Program-made: the position numbers and the translations under genes
Shown: in pieces, positions 31,474 through 44,154 of the stretch
Layout: every line of letters begins with the position of its first letter
Numbering within the stretch: the stretch's first letter is position 1
Notes under the pieces: generated by a model
What the model was told of the DNA's origin: nothing
Databases searched by the model: none
Seen by the model: only the letters and a program-made list of their open reading frames with translations
DNA from: an uncultured Rivularia sp.
GTDB lineage: Bacteria > Cyanobacteriota > Cyanobacteriia > Cyanobacteriales > Nostocaceae
Reading direction: 5' to 3'
Assembly (NCBI GenBank): GCA_963665115.1
Contig: OY762007.1
Coordinates: 7,488,001 to 7,552,000, forward strand
Length of the DNA stretch: 64,000 bases

Positions 31474-31546
31474 CCAGGGTTGGCCGAGCGGTTGAGGCAA
31501 CGAACTCATAATTCGTGTTAGGCAGGTTCAACTCCTGCACCCTGGA
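31474..31546 (+). tRNA. tRNA with CAU anticodon; probably tRNA-Ile2 (lysidine), otherwise elongator Met
   Basis: Acceptor CCAGGGT/ACCCTGG, anticodon arm ACGAA-CTCATAA-TTCGT, T arm GCAGG-TTCAACT-CCTGC; TATAAT at 31458-31463; no encoded CCA. Confidence 0.92.
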
Positions 31547-31734
31547 TTTCAAAATATATATGATTTTACACAATTAATCATTAGTTCTTTGTCATTCACC
31601 AAGAACTAATAACTAATTGTGTATTCCTATATCGATAAGGAAAAATAAATATTTCAGATGGATTTGGCAGAAAATTTTCTTGTCCTAGATATTTAGCAAT
31701 CTGAGAAATCTATAATTTTCCTAGCAATCCAAAA

Positions 31735-32203
31735 TTAAGAGCGGGATGGTAAGCTATCAAAGTGAAATTCAGTATCTTTGTGGTAAGCTATCAAAGCGGA
31801 ATTCAGTTCCAACTTGTAACTGATTTGCTCTTAAACGGGGAGAAGCCAGCAAAGAGGTGTTATAAGGACTTGGTAAATCTGGTGTCCGAATATATGGGTC
31901 ACTGGTGGTCTGCTGTTCGAGCATATCTTGATAAAGAACATTTAACAACTCGGCATCTCGTTCAATTTCGTTTTCTGGAAAAGAATTTTTGAACAAAGAA
32001 CCAGTTCCAAATATCCAATCTATTTCCCTAAATAAGCCGCCATTATTATAAAAGTTAGGATAGTTCTCGTAGAAAGCTTTTTCAAATACTTCATTTGGCG
32101 TTTGATAATTAGACGTTTCTGTTTCTGCTGCCGCAATAGATGAGGTTCCAATGGTAGCAGCAAGAACCAGTAAACCGCTAATCAGTTTCAAGTTTAAGGG
32201 CAT
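31735..32203 (-). CDS. Secreted hypothetical protein
   Basis: Signal peptide (..SSIAAAE). As given, the stop is at 31769. Removing one base at 31777-31779 puts an 11-aa duplication in frame and moves the stop to 31735. Confidence 0.7.
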
Positions 32204-32306
32204 ATTAACAACTCCTGTATTTTAGTGCGAATTTTGACTTATTCTAAATGTCAGAACTCGCGTAAGTTCGACAAGTCCTGTGTAACATAAAATTTATTGA
32301 TTTGTA

Positions 32307-32927
32307 ATGGTTTATCATACTGAAAGCTCTACCCACAAAGATTTATGGGCTACTAATACCGATTTGGATATTATTCGTCAACGGTTACTAGACTTATTTT
32401 GTCAGCTTGCTTATCAGGAAGGTGATTTTGTTCTTTCTTCTGGAGCGCGTAGCAGTTATTACATTAATGGTAAAGAGGTAACGCTTCATCCTCAAGGTGC
32501 TTTGGCGATCGGTCGTCTTCTTTTGAATATGCTTCCCTCAGATACTCAAGCCGTAGCTGGTTTAACTTTGGGGGCTGACCCCATCGTTAGTGCTGTAAGC
32601 GTTATTTCGGCATTAGAAAACAGACCTATACCGGCTTTGATTGTACGTAAGGAAGCCAAAGGTCATGGAACGAAAGCTTATGTAGAAGGTCCGAATTTAC
32701 CGGAAGCGGCTAAGGTTATAGTTCTCGAAGACGTTGTTACAACTGGGCGATCGGCGATGAAAGCTGTTACCAGACTTAGAGATGCTGGTTATACAGTTAA
32801 TCGAGTAATTTCACTGATAGATCGAAAGCAAGGTGGGGAAGAATATTATAAGTCAGTAGATTTACAGTTTCAGACTGTTTTTTCAATTACCGACCTTCAG
32901 GAGCGATATCAGCAGATTTCTAATTGA
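32307..32927 (+). CDS. pyrE: Orotate phosphoribosyltransferase
   Basis: GDFVLSSG, RKEAKGHG, LEDVVTTG PRPP motif. Confidence 0.95.
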   Translation: MVYHTESSTHKDLWATNTDLDIIRQRLLDLFCQLAYQEGDFVLSSGARSSYYINGKEVTLHPQGALAIGRLLLNMLPSDTQAVAGLTLGADPIVSAVSVISALENRPIPALIVRKEAKGHGTKAYVEGPNLPEAAKVIVLEDVVTTGRSAMKAVTRLRDAGYTVNRVISLIDRKQGGEEYYKSVDLQFQTVFSITDLQERYQQISN

Positions 32928-32949
32928 TTGTGGTTATATCCCTAATTTG

Positions 32950-33175
32950 TGTAGAGACGTAGCAGTGCTACGTCTCCTCATATTCAGAGTTATATCGAGT
33001 CATTTACGTCAAGAATTTTTTGACACTCCCCACGCATATAATGCAGGGGATTCTTGGTTCATTGACAAAACGTCAAAAAACTATTAGCGATAGATTCATT
33101 GGCACGCAATGTTTAAATGAGACGTAGTGCAATGAGACGTAGTGCAATGAGACGTAGCACTGCTACGTCTCTACA
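32950..33175. mobile_element. MITE/REP-like element with 27-bp terminal inverted repeats, enclosing an IS605-type right-end hairpin
   Basis: tgtagagacgtagcagtgctacgtctc (32950-32976) is the reverse complement of 33149-33175; 33020-33061 matches 42834-42874. Confidence 0.7.
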
Positions 33176-33191
33176 TTATTTTTGTGACAAA

Positions 33192-34675
<1,484 letters not shown>

Positions 34676-34855
34676 TGAGTAAATATACTACCATTTTTTT
34701 GCTGACAAAATAAATAGGTTAACATTTCTCTATTTGGGGAATTGGTAATGGCTGATTGGGCATTGGGGCAATAAAGAGTTAAGACCACGATAATTTGAAT
34801 TTCGTTTTGAATTTCGTGATGATATTACATTACCTTTAACCTTTAACCTGTTTTC

Positions 34856-35452
34856 ATGCCTAAAAACAAACATCGCTATATTATTTTTTACAAGCCTTAT
34901 GGTGTGCTTAGTCAGTTTTCTAAAGACGCGCCAAATCAAAGTACTCTTCAAGACTATATTTCTGTTCCCGATGTTTATCCCGTGGGACGTTTAGATTCTG
35001 ATAGTGAAGGGTTATTACTGCTAACAAACCACGGACAATTACAACATCGACTTTGCCATCCTCGCTTTGGGCATCATCGTACTTACTGGGTACAAGTGGA
35101 ACGAGTTCCGCATACAGATGCTTTAGATAAATTAGAACAAGGTGTGGTAATTAAAAATTATCGTACTCAACCGGCAAAGGTAAAATTATTGTCGCAAGAA
35201 CCACTTTTACCCGAACGTATTCCACCGATAAGATTCCGCAAAAATGTACCTACCTCATGGCTGGAAATGACTTTGAGTGAGGGAAAAAATCGTCAAGTTC
35301 GCCGGATGACTGCATCTGTGGGATTTCCTACTTTGCGATTGGTGCGAATTCAGATAGCTCACCTTCAACTAGATACTTTGCAAGTCGGAGAATGGCGCGA
35401 TTTAACTCCTGAAGAAGTGAAATTGTTGCACAAGCTGGCTTTTGTTAGCTGA
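34856..35452 (+). CDS. rluE: rRNA pseudouridine synthase (RluE-like)
   Basis: KPYGVLSQF, VGRLDSDSEGLLLL, PPIRFRK, EGKNRQVRRM. Confidence 0.88.
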   Translation: MPKNKHRYIIFYKPYGVLSQFSKDAPNQSTLQDYISVPDVYPVGRLDSDSEGLLLLTNHGQLQHRLCHPRFGHHRTYWVQVERVPHTDALDKLEQGVVIKNYRTQPAKVKLLSQEPLLPERIPPIRFRKNVPTSWLEMTLSEGKNRQVRRMTASVGFPTLRLVRIQIAHLQLDTLQVGEWRDLTPEEVKLLHKLAFVS

Positions 35453-35718
35453 TTCACGGACGACAGAAAGGGGTATAACAACCATCACCCCCTAAAGTCA
35501 ATATTTTATTAAAATTCGTAATAAGTAAGTTAATTACTAAAAAAAAATAATTAACCGGATTAAGGTATTAGATATATTACGAGCTTATTGAGTTGCTATG
35601 TTCTTTCTATTACATAATTCGGAACCAAAAAAATTGACAAAAATGCTACTAGAAGCTGTACAATACTCTTTTTTTATTATGAATCAACTTATTATTAACA
35701 CTAGGGTCCATTGTTATT

Positions 35719-37401
35719 ATGAGCTTAGAGCGGTCGTTTAACTGGCATGAAACTCGCCGAAAACAAAATCTTGTATCTGCAAAATCTGCAAGCTTGGAAC
35801 TTGTGCCTAAAACAACATCTGACTTAGATAAATATACGGCAGAAACGTTACGTCGTACTCAAGAAGAACTAAATTGGTATCGTACTTTGTACGACAAAAC
35901 TCCTGGCATATTTTTTACTTTAGATGCTACTGGGAAAATTCTGTCTGTAAATCAATTCGGTGCAAACTGTTTGGGTTATGCACCTTGTGATTTGACTCAA
36001 AAATCTATTTTTAGTTTATTTGCTTCTTTTGAATGCGAAAGACTATCTAATGTATTGACAGAATTATTAAAAAACTCGTCTGAAGAAGTTAAAAATCGAG
36101 AATTTTATTTAAATTGTCCCGATAGTAAAATTGTGTGGGTAAAAGTCAAAGCGCGAATGTTAATTGATGCAGAGCAAAATTCAACCATTTTAATGGTTTG
36201 TGAAGATATTACTGCTTACAAACTTTCTCAAGCTTCAAAACAAAGCGAACAAAGTTTCCGTGAATTAGCTGATAGCGCTCCAGTTATGTTGTGGATGACG
36301 GATGAAAATGGAGTACATAACTTTTTTAACTGTTCTTGGTTAAAGTTTACCGGACGTAAAATTGAGCAAGAATTGGGCTTGGGATGGTTAAATAATTTAC
36401 ATGAAAACGATCGAGAATTATATTTAGCAACCTATTATCAAACACTTAAAGAAAAAGAACAATTTCAAATTCAATACCGTTTAAAAAATGCCGGAGGCGA
36501 TTATCGTTGGGTTTCCGAAACTGGTGTTCCTCGATTTGCATCCAACGGTAATTTAGAAGGTTACGTTGGTTGCTGCATTGATATCACTGAGTGTAAAAAA
36601 GCGGAAATAGCTGTCAGCGAGAGTAGAAAAGCAGTAAAAGCTCAATTAGAAGAGATGGAATCTCTTAACCGTCTTAAAGATGAATTTTTAAGTACGGTAT
36701 CCCACGAGTTACGCACGCCATTAACTAATATGAAAATGGCAATTCAAATGTTGGGAATAAAGCTTAAAAAAGAGCAGCAAGCTTCCGAGACATACGAAGC
36801 AGTGAATGATTCTACAAAAAAATCTAAAATATCTCGTTATTTCCAAATCTTAAATAATGAGTGCGAACGAGAAATTAGTTTGATTAATAATTTTCTTGAT
36901 TTACAGCGACTCGATACTATTGCCAAACCATTAGTGTTAGAAAAAATCGAAGTTAACCGTTGGTTAGAGCGAGTACTCGAGTTATTCAACGCACGCAACC
37001 GTAACTGCTGCAAGCAAAAGTTAATTTTAACGATAGAACCGAATTTACCGGCTATGGTTTGCGATCCATTTAGCTTAGAACGAATTTTGGTAGAGTTGCT
37101 GACTAATGCTTGTAAATTTAGTCCCCTTGACGAACAAATAATTGTTAACGTTAAAATGAAATCCGATAATATTCAGTTTCAAGTGATAAATACTGGAGTG
37201 GAAATTCCTTCCGTTGAATTACCGCGTATTTTTGATAAGTTTTATCGGATTCCTAGCAACGATCCTTGGAAACAAGGAGGTACGGGCTTAGGTTTAGCAT
37301 TGGTACAAAAACTTACGAAGCATTTGGGAGGTGTAATTAAGGTTGAAAGCGGTTTATTACGTACTTGTTTTTCTGTTGAATTACCTTTTGAGAGGGATTA
37401 G
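35719..37401 (+). CDS. Cytoplasmic PAS-PAS sensor histidine kinase
   Basis: Two PAS/PAC segments, SHELRTPL H-box, NACKF, GTGLGL. Confidence 0.93.
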   Translation: MSLERSFNWHETRRKQNLVSAKSASLELVPKTTSDLDKYTAETLRRTQEELNWYRTLYDKTPGIFFTLDATGKILSVNQFGANCLGYAPCDLTQKSIFSLFASFECERLSNVLTELLKNSSEEVKNREFYLNCPDSKIVWVKVKARMLIDAEQNSTILMVCEDITAYKLSQASKQSEQSFRELADSAPVMLWMTDENGVHNFFNCSWLKFTGRKIEQELGLGWLNNLHENDRELYLATYYQTLKEKEQFQIQYRLKNAGGDYRWVSETGVPRFASNGNLEGYVGCCIDITECKKAEIAVSESRKAVKAQLEEMESLNRLKDEFLSTVSHELRTPLTNMKMAIQMLGIKLKKEQQASETYEAVNDSTKKSKISRYFQILNNECEREISLINNFLDLQRLDTIAKPLVLEKIEVNRWLERVLELFNARNRNCCKQKLILTIEPNLPAMVCDPFSLERILVELLTNACKFSPLDEQIIVNVKMKSDNIQFQVINTGVEIPSVELPRIFDKFYRIPSNDPWKQGGTGLGLALVQKLTKHLGGVIKVESGLLRTCFSVELPFERD

Positions 37402-37588
37402 AGAATTAAAAACTCCCTGATATTTCAAAGTTAGAGATAATATAAGTCACAATTAAAACAGTCATATATATTTTCTGGTCAAAGCATAAATATTTTATTG
37501 TTCTGCTGCAAGCAGAGGCTAAACTACCAGTAATAAATAATTTCAATGGCTAGCACCCTCATCGCGGGAATTAAGGGACGCGGATATA

Positions 37589-39580
37589 ATGCTGATTTGC
37601 CCTCAGTGCAATTTTGAAAACCCTAACAGCAACAAGTTTTGTCAAAACTGCGGTGCATCTTTAACTGAAAAGGAATGTCAGCAGTGCGGAGTCAATATCC
37701 CTCTAAATGCAGTGGAGTGTCATAGCTGTGATGCAACTTGCTCGGAGATTTGGTTAGCGATCGCAATTAAAGAAAATCCCAGAGAAACTGTTGAGACTGA
37801 GAATGAAGAAGAAAAGGTTGATTCAGCAGATAAATTAGAGCAAAAGAATAAAGACGATACTTCTGAAAACATTTTTAGTTCATTTGAAGCCGGTTCTTTT
37901 TTAGATTCTGAAGGGCGCTATAAAATGCTCGAATCACTACCAACTTTTTTTGAAAATACCGTTAAAGCTGAAGCCTGTGTAAAAGTTATCGATTGCCAGC
38001 CCTATCAAGTGTCGCCAATAGATGCGATGTTGGCAAATCCACAATTAGAGCAATCTACAAATACTTCAACGGGGGGAAATAATATTCCCAGTCTCGCTAA
38101 AACCTATATCGCTTTACAGCCACATTGTAATTTAGGAATTCCTCCTATCCATGATGCATGGCAAAGCTCGAATATGCAGGTCATTTTAGTTGAAGATCGT
38201 TCGGATTGGTTATATTTATCTGAATTATGGCAGAATGATGCAACTACGTCGTTGCAAATTATACATTATTTTTATCAGATGACTCAGTTGTGGGATTTGT
38301 TAGAACCCCTCGACTGTCGTCAAAGTCTTTTAGATTTGAATAACTTACGAGTGGATGAAGACCAGTCTCTAGCTTTACAACGGTTGTACCCAGATATACG
38401 TAAAAAAACGGAGGTTTCTTCTCCACAGGATAACAATACAGTTAAAGCTTTAGGAGAAGTTTGGCATGAATTATTTAGAAAGTCCCAGCGTACTCAATTT
38501 GGCTTATTGCTAGAACTTTTGGGAAATTTAGATAGGGATGAAATTGCAACATCTGAAGAATTACGATCGCGATTGCAATTTATTTCTACGGAGTTGGAAG
38601 GTGAGTCGAATCAAAGTGAAGATAATTCACCAGATAATTTAATTGTTGCTTCTGACAAAGACGCTTCAAGTCCTACAATTTTGCAGTTAGATGAATTAGA
38701 GCAAAGTCCAACTAAAATTGATGACACACCTACGGTAGTCTTGCCAATGCAGCTAGCTAGCTTAGAAAATGCTGGACTTACCGATGTCGGAAAACAACGG
38801 GACCACAACGAAGATTATTTTGGCATTGAAACAAAAGTTAATAAAGTTGAGTTGCCCAAAAGTAAAGTTGCAGGAGCAAAAGGCTTATATATTCTTTGCG
38901 ATGGAATGGGTGGGCACGCAGGTGGTGAAGTCGCCAGCGAGTTAGCAGTAAGTACTTTACGGCAATATTTTCTAGAAAATTGGAAATCTGATGGGCTTCC
39001 TAATGAGGAAATTATCCGCGAAGGGGTTTTTCGAGCTAACAAAGCTATTCACGATATCAACCAGCAGGATGCTCGTTCTGGTGTCGGTCGTATGGGTACT
39101 ACTTTAGTGCTAGTTTTGATACAGGATACTCGCGTAGCGGTGGCTCATGTGGGTGATAGTCGTCTTTATCGAGTTACTCGTAAAGGAGGTTTGGAACAAG
39201 TTACTGTAGATCATGAAGTAGGGCAAAGGGAAATTTCTCGTGGAGTTGAGCCGAGCGTAGCTTATTCTCGCCCGGATGCTTATCAGTTAACGCAAGCTTT
39301 GGGGCCTAGAGACAATAACTTTATTGCTCCAGAGGTACAGTTTTTAGAAATTAACGAAGATGCGCTGTTTGTTTTAACTTCTGATGGTTTATCGGATAAC
39401 GATCTATTAGAAAAACACTGGCGGACTAATTTACTTAATTTAATTAGTTCGGAAGCCAATTTAGAAAAAGGTGTAAGAGATTTAATTGATTTAGCAAATA
39501 AATATAACGGCCATGACAACATTACGGCCGTACTTATGCGAGCAAAGGTACGTCCAAATTTAGAAAGTAATATTTTATAA
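37589..39580 (+). CDS. PP2C-type Ser/Thr phosphatase with N-terminal double zinc ribbon
   Basis: Four CxxC pairs; RDHNED, CDGMGGH, MGTT, VGDSR, SDGL, DNIT. Confidence 0.92.
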   Translation: MLICPQCNFENPNSNKFCQNCGASLTEKECQQCGVNIPLNAVECHSCDATCSEIWLAIAIKENPRETVETENEEEKVDSADKLEQKNKDDTSENIFSSFEAGSFLDSEGRYKMLESLPTFFENTVKAEACVKVIDCQPYQVSPIDAMLANPQLEQSTNTSTGGNNIPSLAKTYIALQPHCNLGIPPIHDAWQSSNMQVILVEDRSDWLYLSELWQNDATTSLQIIHYFYQMTQLWDLLEPLDCRQSLLDLNNLRVDEDQSLALQRLYPDIRKKTEVSSPQDNNTVKALGEVWHELFRKSQRTQFGLLLELLGNLDRDEIATSEELRSRLQFISTELEGESNQSEDNSPDNLIVASDKDASSPTILQLDELEQSPTKIDDTPTVVLPMQLASLENAGLTDVGKQRDHNEDYFGIETKVNKVELPKSKVAGAKGLYILCDGMGGHAGGEVASELAVSTLRQYFLENWKSDGLPNEEIIREGVFRANKAIHDINQQDARSGVGRMGTTLVLVLIQDTRVAVAHVGDSRLYRVTRKGGLEQVTVDHEVGQREISRGVEPSVAYSRPDAYQLTQALGPRDNNFIAPEVQFLEINEDALFVLTSDGLSDNDLLEKHWRTNLLNLISSEANLEKGVRDLIDLANKYNGHDNITAVLMRAKVRPNLESNIL

Positions 39581-40038
39581 AAGGGAATGGGGAATTGGGG
39601 ATGGGGCATTAGGGAATGGGAATTGAAAAAATATTCTTAGTGGGAGCGCTCTTCGGAGGCAGTTAGCGATTTTGGGTTCGTACTCCTTCAAACTTATCTG
39701 CCACTTGTTTGCAATTCCTCTTCTAACAGCATAAGTTTTCCCAAAAAGAATGAAAATTCCGCCCGTTACCTTCTAACTAATCTCTCAGATGCTCCGCCAA
39801 AAAATTATCCGGATAATAAAGCAAAAATATTGTTACAATCAGATTTGAATGTTTTAAGAGACACATCAATCGTCAGCTTTTTAGATAATTATCCCTAAAT
39901 TACGTTCAAGCTCATTTTTATTAAGTAAATAAAGAGTTAATTAACCGAATATTAAGATAAGTATGGGGGGAATATGGATTTAAAGACTGTTCTCATACTT
40001 AATGATTTATCCTTCATTATTTATAGTTCCTAAGTATA

Positions 40039-41257
40039 GTGATTACTTTAACCCTACTAGAAGCGCAAAACAAAACACCGTTAGAAAATTGGCGCTTTGA
40101 TGAATCCCCGGTGATTCGAGTTGGGCGAGCGGCAGATAATGATATTGTTTTGGATAGTAATTTAGTTTCTCGATATCATTTAGAACTGAGAAATACAATT
40201 TCTAAGAACAAGGCTGATTCTTGGGAAATTATTAGCAAAGGTACCAACGGTACTTTCCTCAACGGTGTTTTAGTAACTCATGCTCCGCTACCTAATAACT
40301 GTTTTCTGCAATTGGCTCGGGGTGGTCCTATTTTTAAATGCGAACTGCACCCTATTGAACCAACATCTGCACAAATTCCTGTGGCTGAATCGGAAAATTG
40401 CACCCATGAAGGCAATTCACCCGATAACTTGTTTTGCATTTATTGCGGCAAACCTCTCTCGATACAGCTAACAATTCGGCATTATCAGGTGTTGCGAACC
40501 TTGGGACAGGGGGGCATGGGCACTACTTATTTAGCATGGGACCCCTGCTGGTGTAGCTACTAGCCATCCGAAACTATTAGTGCTTAAACAAATGAATGCC
40601 GATATGGCAAAAATTGCTAAAGCGCGAGAATTGTTTCAGCGAGAAGCGCATACTTTGGGATTACTTAACCATCCTGGAATCCCCAAGTATTACGACTTTT
40701 TCATAGAAGAAAAGAAAAAGTATTTGGCAATGGAATTAATCCACGGCCAAGATTTAGAAAAATTTGTTTATCGCAAAGGACCCATAACAGTAAATCAAGC
40801 CATGGAATGGATGATGCAAACCTGCGAGATTCTTGATTATCTGCATGGTCAAAGCCCACCATTGATTCACCGCGATATCAAACCGGCGAATCTAATGGTG
40901 CGAAATTCCAATAATCGTATAGTTGTACTGGATTTCGGAGCAGTTAAAGAAATTGGCACTGCACCAGGGACTCGTATCGGTGCAGAAGGATATTGTGCCC
41001 CCGAACAAGAACGAGGACAGCCATTAACTCAGTCAGATTTATACGCTATTGGACCAACTTTAATCTTTCTACTAACAGGTGAAAACCCATTTAAGTTTTA
41101 TCGTCAACAAGGACGAAACTTTCGGTTTGATGTCACGAAAGTTCCTACCATTACCCCTCAGTTAAAAGAACTAATAGACAAAGTTACAGAACCTTTACCA
41201 AGAGATAGATATCAAACCGCGAAGGAAGTTGCAGAAGCGTTAGCAGCCTGCAAATGA
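40039..41257 (+). CDS. FHA-domain Ser/Thr protein kinase, split by one extra C at 40542-40545
   Basis: FHA (VGR, VSRYH, TNGTFLNG), LGQGGMG, HRDIKPAN, DFG, APE. The corrected junction reads AWDPAGVATSHPKLLVLKQM. Confidence 0.9.
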
Positions 41258-41529
41258 GCGTATGATATTGGTTAATTAAAAAAGGTAGGATGAAGCGAAG
41301 AATTACTTTTGAACTGGCGAATGTAGGCTGCTACACGAGCAAAGTCAACTTGTGCGAATACGGATTTATAATCCACTCAAGCAGATTCAATTATGTAGCT
41401 GCATTAGCGCTTTAAACGTGCGGCGTTAAGCAGAACTCTACCGAAAGTAATCGCCCCTTCGAGAAGGACATATTCTATTCACCGTTTACTAGACATACAT
41501 CCTTGTGAAATGAGCGTGAAATTTAGTTC

Positions 41530-41748
41530 TTATTCTTCATCCCATCCCTCAACTACAAGCAACTCCTTTACAGGGTCTTGCATAGTAAAGCCGAAATCAA
41601 CCAGTTCGCGTTTCCAGTGTTGCCATTCGTCGCCGTAAAGTAAAGCAATCTTCCAGATACTATCTGTAGGCTTTATGATCTGAGAATCTACGAGCGATTG
41701 AACATTGCGTTGCAATTTCACCATTGGGTGAATTACTTGTTGAGTCAT
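41530..41748 (-). CDS. DUF4327-family small protein
   Basis: 72 aa, VQSLVDSQIIKPTDSIWKI...WKRELVDFGF; family recalled, not searched. Confidence 0.75.
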   Translation of the reverse strand: MTQQVIHPMVKLQRNVQSLVDSQIIKPTDSIWKIALLYGDEWQHWKRELVDFGFTMQDPVKELLVVEGWDEE

Positions 41749-42614
41749 AACCTCAATTAAAATCTAATGAAAATTTGGGTAAATGCTGGTGGCAAAAATG
41801 CTTTCCGTTTTGCAATTAATAGTCTCTGCGTAGAGTTCGGTAATGCACGCAAAGCAAGTCTCACTATTCTTGAATATAGCATAACTAATTCTACATGGTT
41901 ACTGTTAATTTCGGTTTTGTTCGGTAATCACCACTAATAAATTTTGGAACTCAGCAAAATTTACAATTGGTTATTTACCAAACAAACTAATTTTTCAGCG
42001 ATCTAGCAGATTTAGAGCAATCCGATAAATTCCGATCTTCAGATGCTTAATTCAACAAAATATGTACAAATCATAACAAATCCTATATAAGAAAAGCAAT
42101 TCGCTATATGATTTTGCACAACAATGATATAGAATAGCGAGCTACGAATATTCGCCGTTTTCTGTTAATCGTTATTTACATTATCGCAAACATCCAGATA
42201 TTGATACGATCTAAAGATTTTTTTTATATTATCTTAACAATTGTTTCTCTCAGGCAGTATCTCAGAGATAACACAAGATGAGTTGTAGTTAAAGCCAAGA
42301 GGTTGATTCAAGGTTTTTGGTGTCTTTGTTCGATATTATGGAATTAAAAATAGTTAATGACTTAGATTAATTTCTCAAATTTTAATCAACAGGACAATTG
42401 TGCATTATTTTACTTTGGACAAGAATTTAAACTTTGATGGTTAAGATGACTGTATTGGATAAAACTTGTTGTTTTAAGGAAAAAATCTTTAGACCGTGAA
42501 TAGTAAAGTGAATTATATGATATTTATGAAATTCACGAAATAATCCTACTATTATCTTTTCCATAGTGAGAGGTTAAATTTCATATATTGTGATACGGGT
42601 TTACTTTCGATTTA

Positions 42615-42780
42615 AGAGGATGTTTTAAAAGTCGGATTTAATACCTTTCCCGGCGACTGTAAGTCGCGGCTAGACAAGCAAAACCCACCTGCGTGGGTTA
42701 TAAATTAACTAGTCCACGCAGGTGGACAACGAGCGGTGTAGTAGCGGTTCCAACCGCCTGATACTTTTAAAACATCCTCT
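42615..42780. mobile_element. MITE, 166 bp, with 18-bp perfect terminal inverted repeats
   Basis: agaggatgttttaaaagt / acttttaaaacatcctct; internal palindromes; no ORF. Confidence 0.85.
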
Positions 42781-42833
42781 AAAGTAGGTATGCAAGGATG
42801 GTCAACTGACAAAAGATATTCTGCTATCTTTGG

Positions 42834-44154
42834 TTGACACTCCCCACGCATAAATGCGGGGGATTCTTGGCTCACAGAAAAAACTTACCTAGTCAGGTTT
42901 TCACCTGCCATTGATAGAGGTTTCGTCTCCCCAAGCTTTAGATCCCGTATGCCCTACGGTACTTAATCCTAAAGACAATATATTACGGGCTGCATTCTCA
43001 TCCCTATTTAAGATGCAACCACATTTACATTTATGAGTTCTGGTACTCAAAGCCTTTTGAACCTTTGCTCCACAACTAGAACAATTAATAGAAGTGTATT
43101 GAGGTGGTACGGCAATTGTGATCTTGCCGAACTTATAACCAAAATACTCTAACCAGGTTCTAAACTGATACCATCCAGCATCAGTTATTGATTTTGCTAG
43201 ATTATGATTTTTTACCATATTGGCAATTCTTAAATCTTCATAGGCGACTACATCGTTAGATGTAATTACGCATCGTGCCAGTTTCACGGCATGATCTTTA
43301 CGCTGCCTACTTATCTTAAGATGCGCTATAGCATATTTTTTTCTAGCCTTGTGATAGTTATTCGACTGTGGCTTCTTATTCTTTCTATACTTCCTAGACT
43401 TACTTCGATTCAATCTATTAAGTGCTTTTTCACCTTGTCGATAAAACCGAGGGTTTTCGATTTGATTCCCTTTGTCGTCCGTATAAAAGTGATTTAAACC
43501 AACATCTAAGCCAATCTCGTTAGATGTTGGTTCTACTCTTTCACGGTTATCAACATCAACTAAAAACTGACAATAATAACCATCAGCACGCCTAACTATT
43601 CGTACACGCTTGAATTGTTTGATATCGTACCAATTCAAATCTCTCGTGCCTTTTAGCTTGACTCGTCCTATATTATTTTTATCAGTGAAAGTTATTTGTT
43701 TTCTGTTTTGTGAAAGCTTCCAACCTGTAGTTTTATACTCTACCGAACGAGAATGTTTCTTGAACTTAGGAAAACCCTTTTTTCCTTTGACTTGATTCTT
43801 ACAATTAGTATAAAAACGAGATATGGCAGCCCAAGCTCTATCTGCACTACTTTGTCTTGCCATTGAATTTAGCTTATCGGCAAAAGGAAATTCAGAGGCT
43901 AATACTTTGGTGTATGCCGATAACTGATATTTTCCAACTTCGGTATTATCCATCCAATAGCGCAGTGCTTTGTTGCGTATGAATTGTGCCGTTCTTATGG
44001 CTTCGTCCATCGCACGGTATTGAGTTGCGCGTGCTCGTACCTTAATTTCTAGAACTAACATAAATTTATGCTATCATACGAGCATAAATCAAGCAAGTGC
44101 TTGCCGTGCCTTATATTCCCATGCCTGAAGTCAGGGGCTTTATGGCACGAATCG
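42834..44154 (-). mobile_element. IS200/IS605-family element (IS1341-type, tnpB only)
   Basis: Right-end hairpin followed by TCAA on the minus strand at 42834; left-end hairpin at about 44106-44148 preceded by TTAC; no tnpA. Confidence 0.8.
42901..44061 (-). CDS. tnpB: RNA-guided endonuclease TnpB
   Basis: RuvC residues GLDVG, YEDL, RDENAA; zinc ribbon CSSC...CKC; YTSINC. Confidence 0.95.
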   Translation of the reverse strand: MLVLEIKVRARATQYRAMDEAIRTAQFIRNKALRYWMDNTEVGKYQLSAYTKVLASEFPFADKLNSMARQSSADRAWAAISRFYTNCKNQVKGKKGFPKFKKHSRSVEYKTTGWKLSQNRKQITFTDKNNIGRVKLKGTRDLNWYDIKQFKRVRIVRRADGYYCQFLVDVDNRERVEPTSNEIGLDVGLNHFYTDDKGNQIENPRFYRQGEKALNRLNRSKSRKYRKNKKPQSNNYHKARKKYAIAHLKISRQRKDHAVKLARCVITSNDVVAYEDLRIANMVKNHNLAKSITDAGWYQFRTWLEYFGYKFGKITIAVPPQYTSINCSSCGAKVQKALSTRTHKCKCGCILNRDENAARNILSLGLSTVGHTGSKAWGDETSINGR

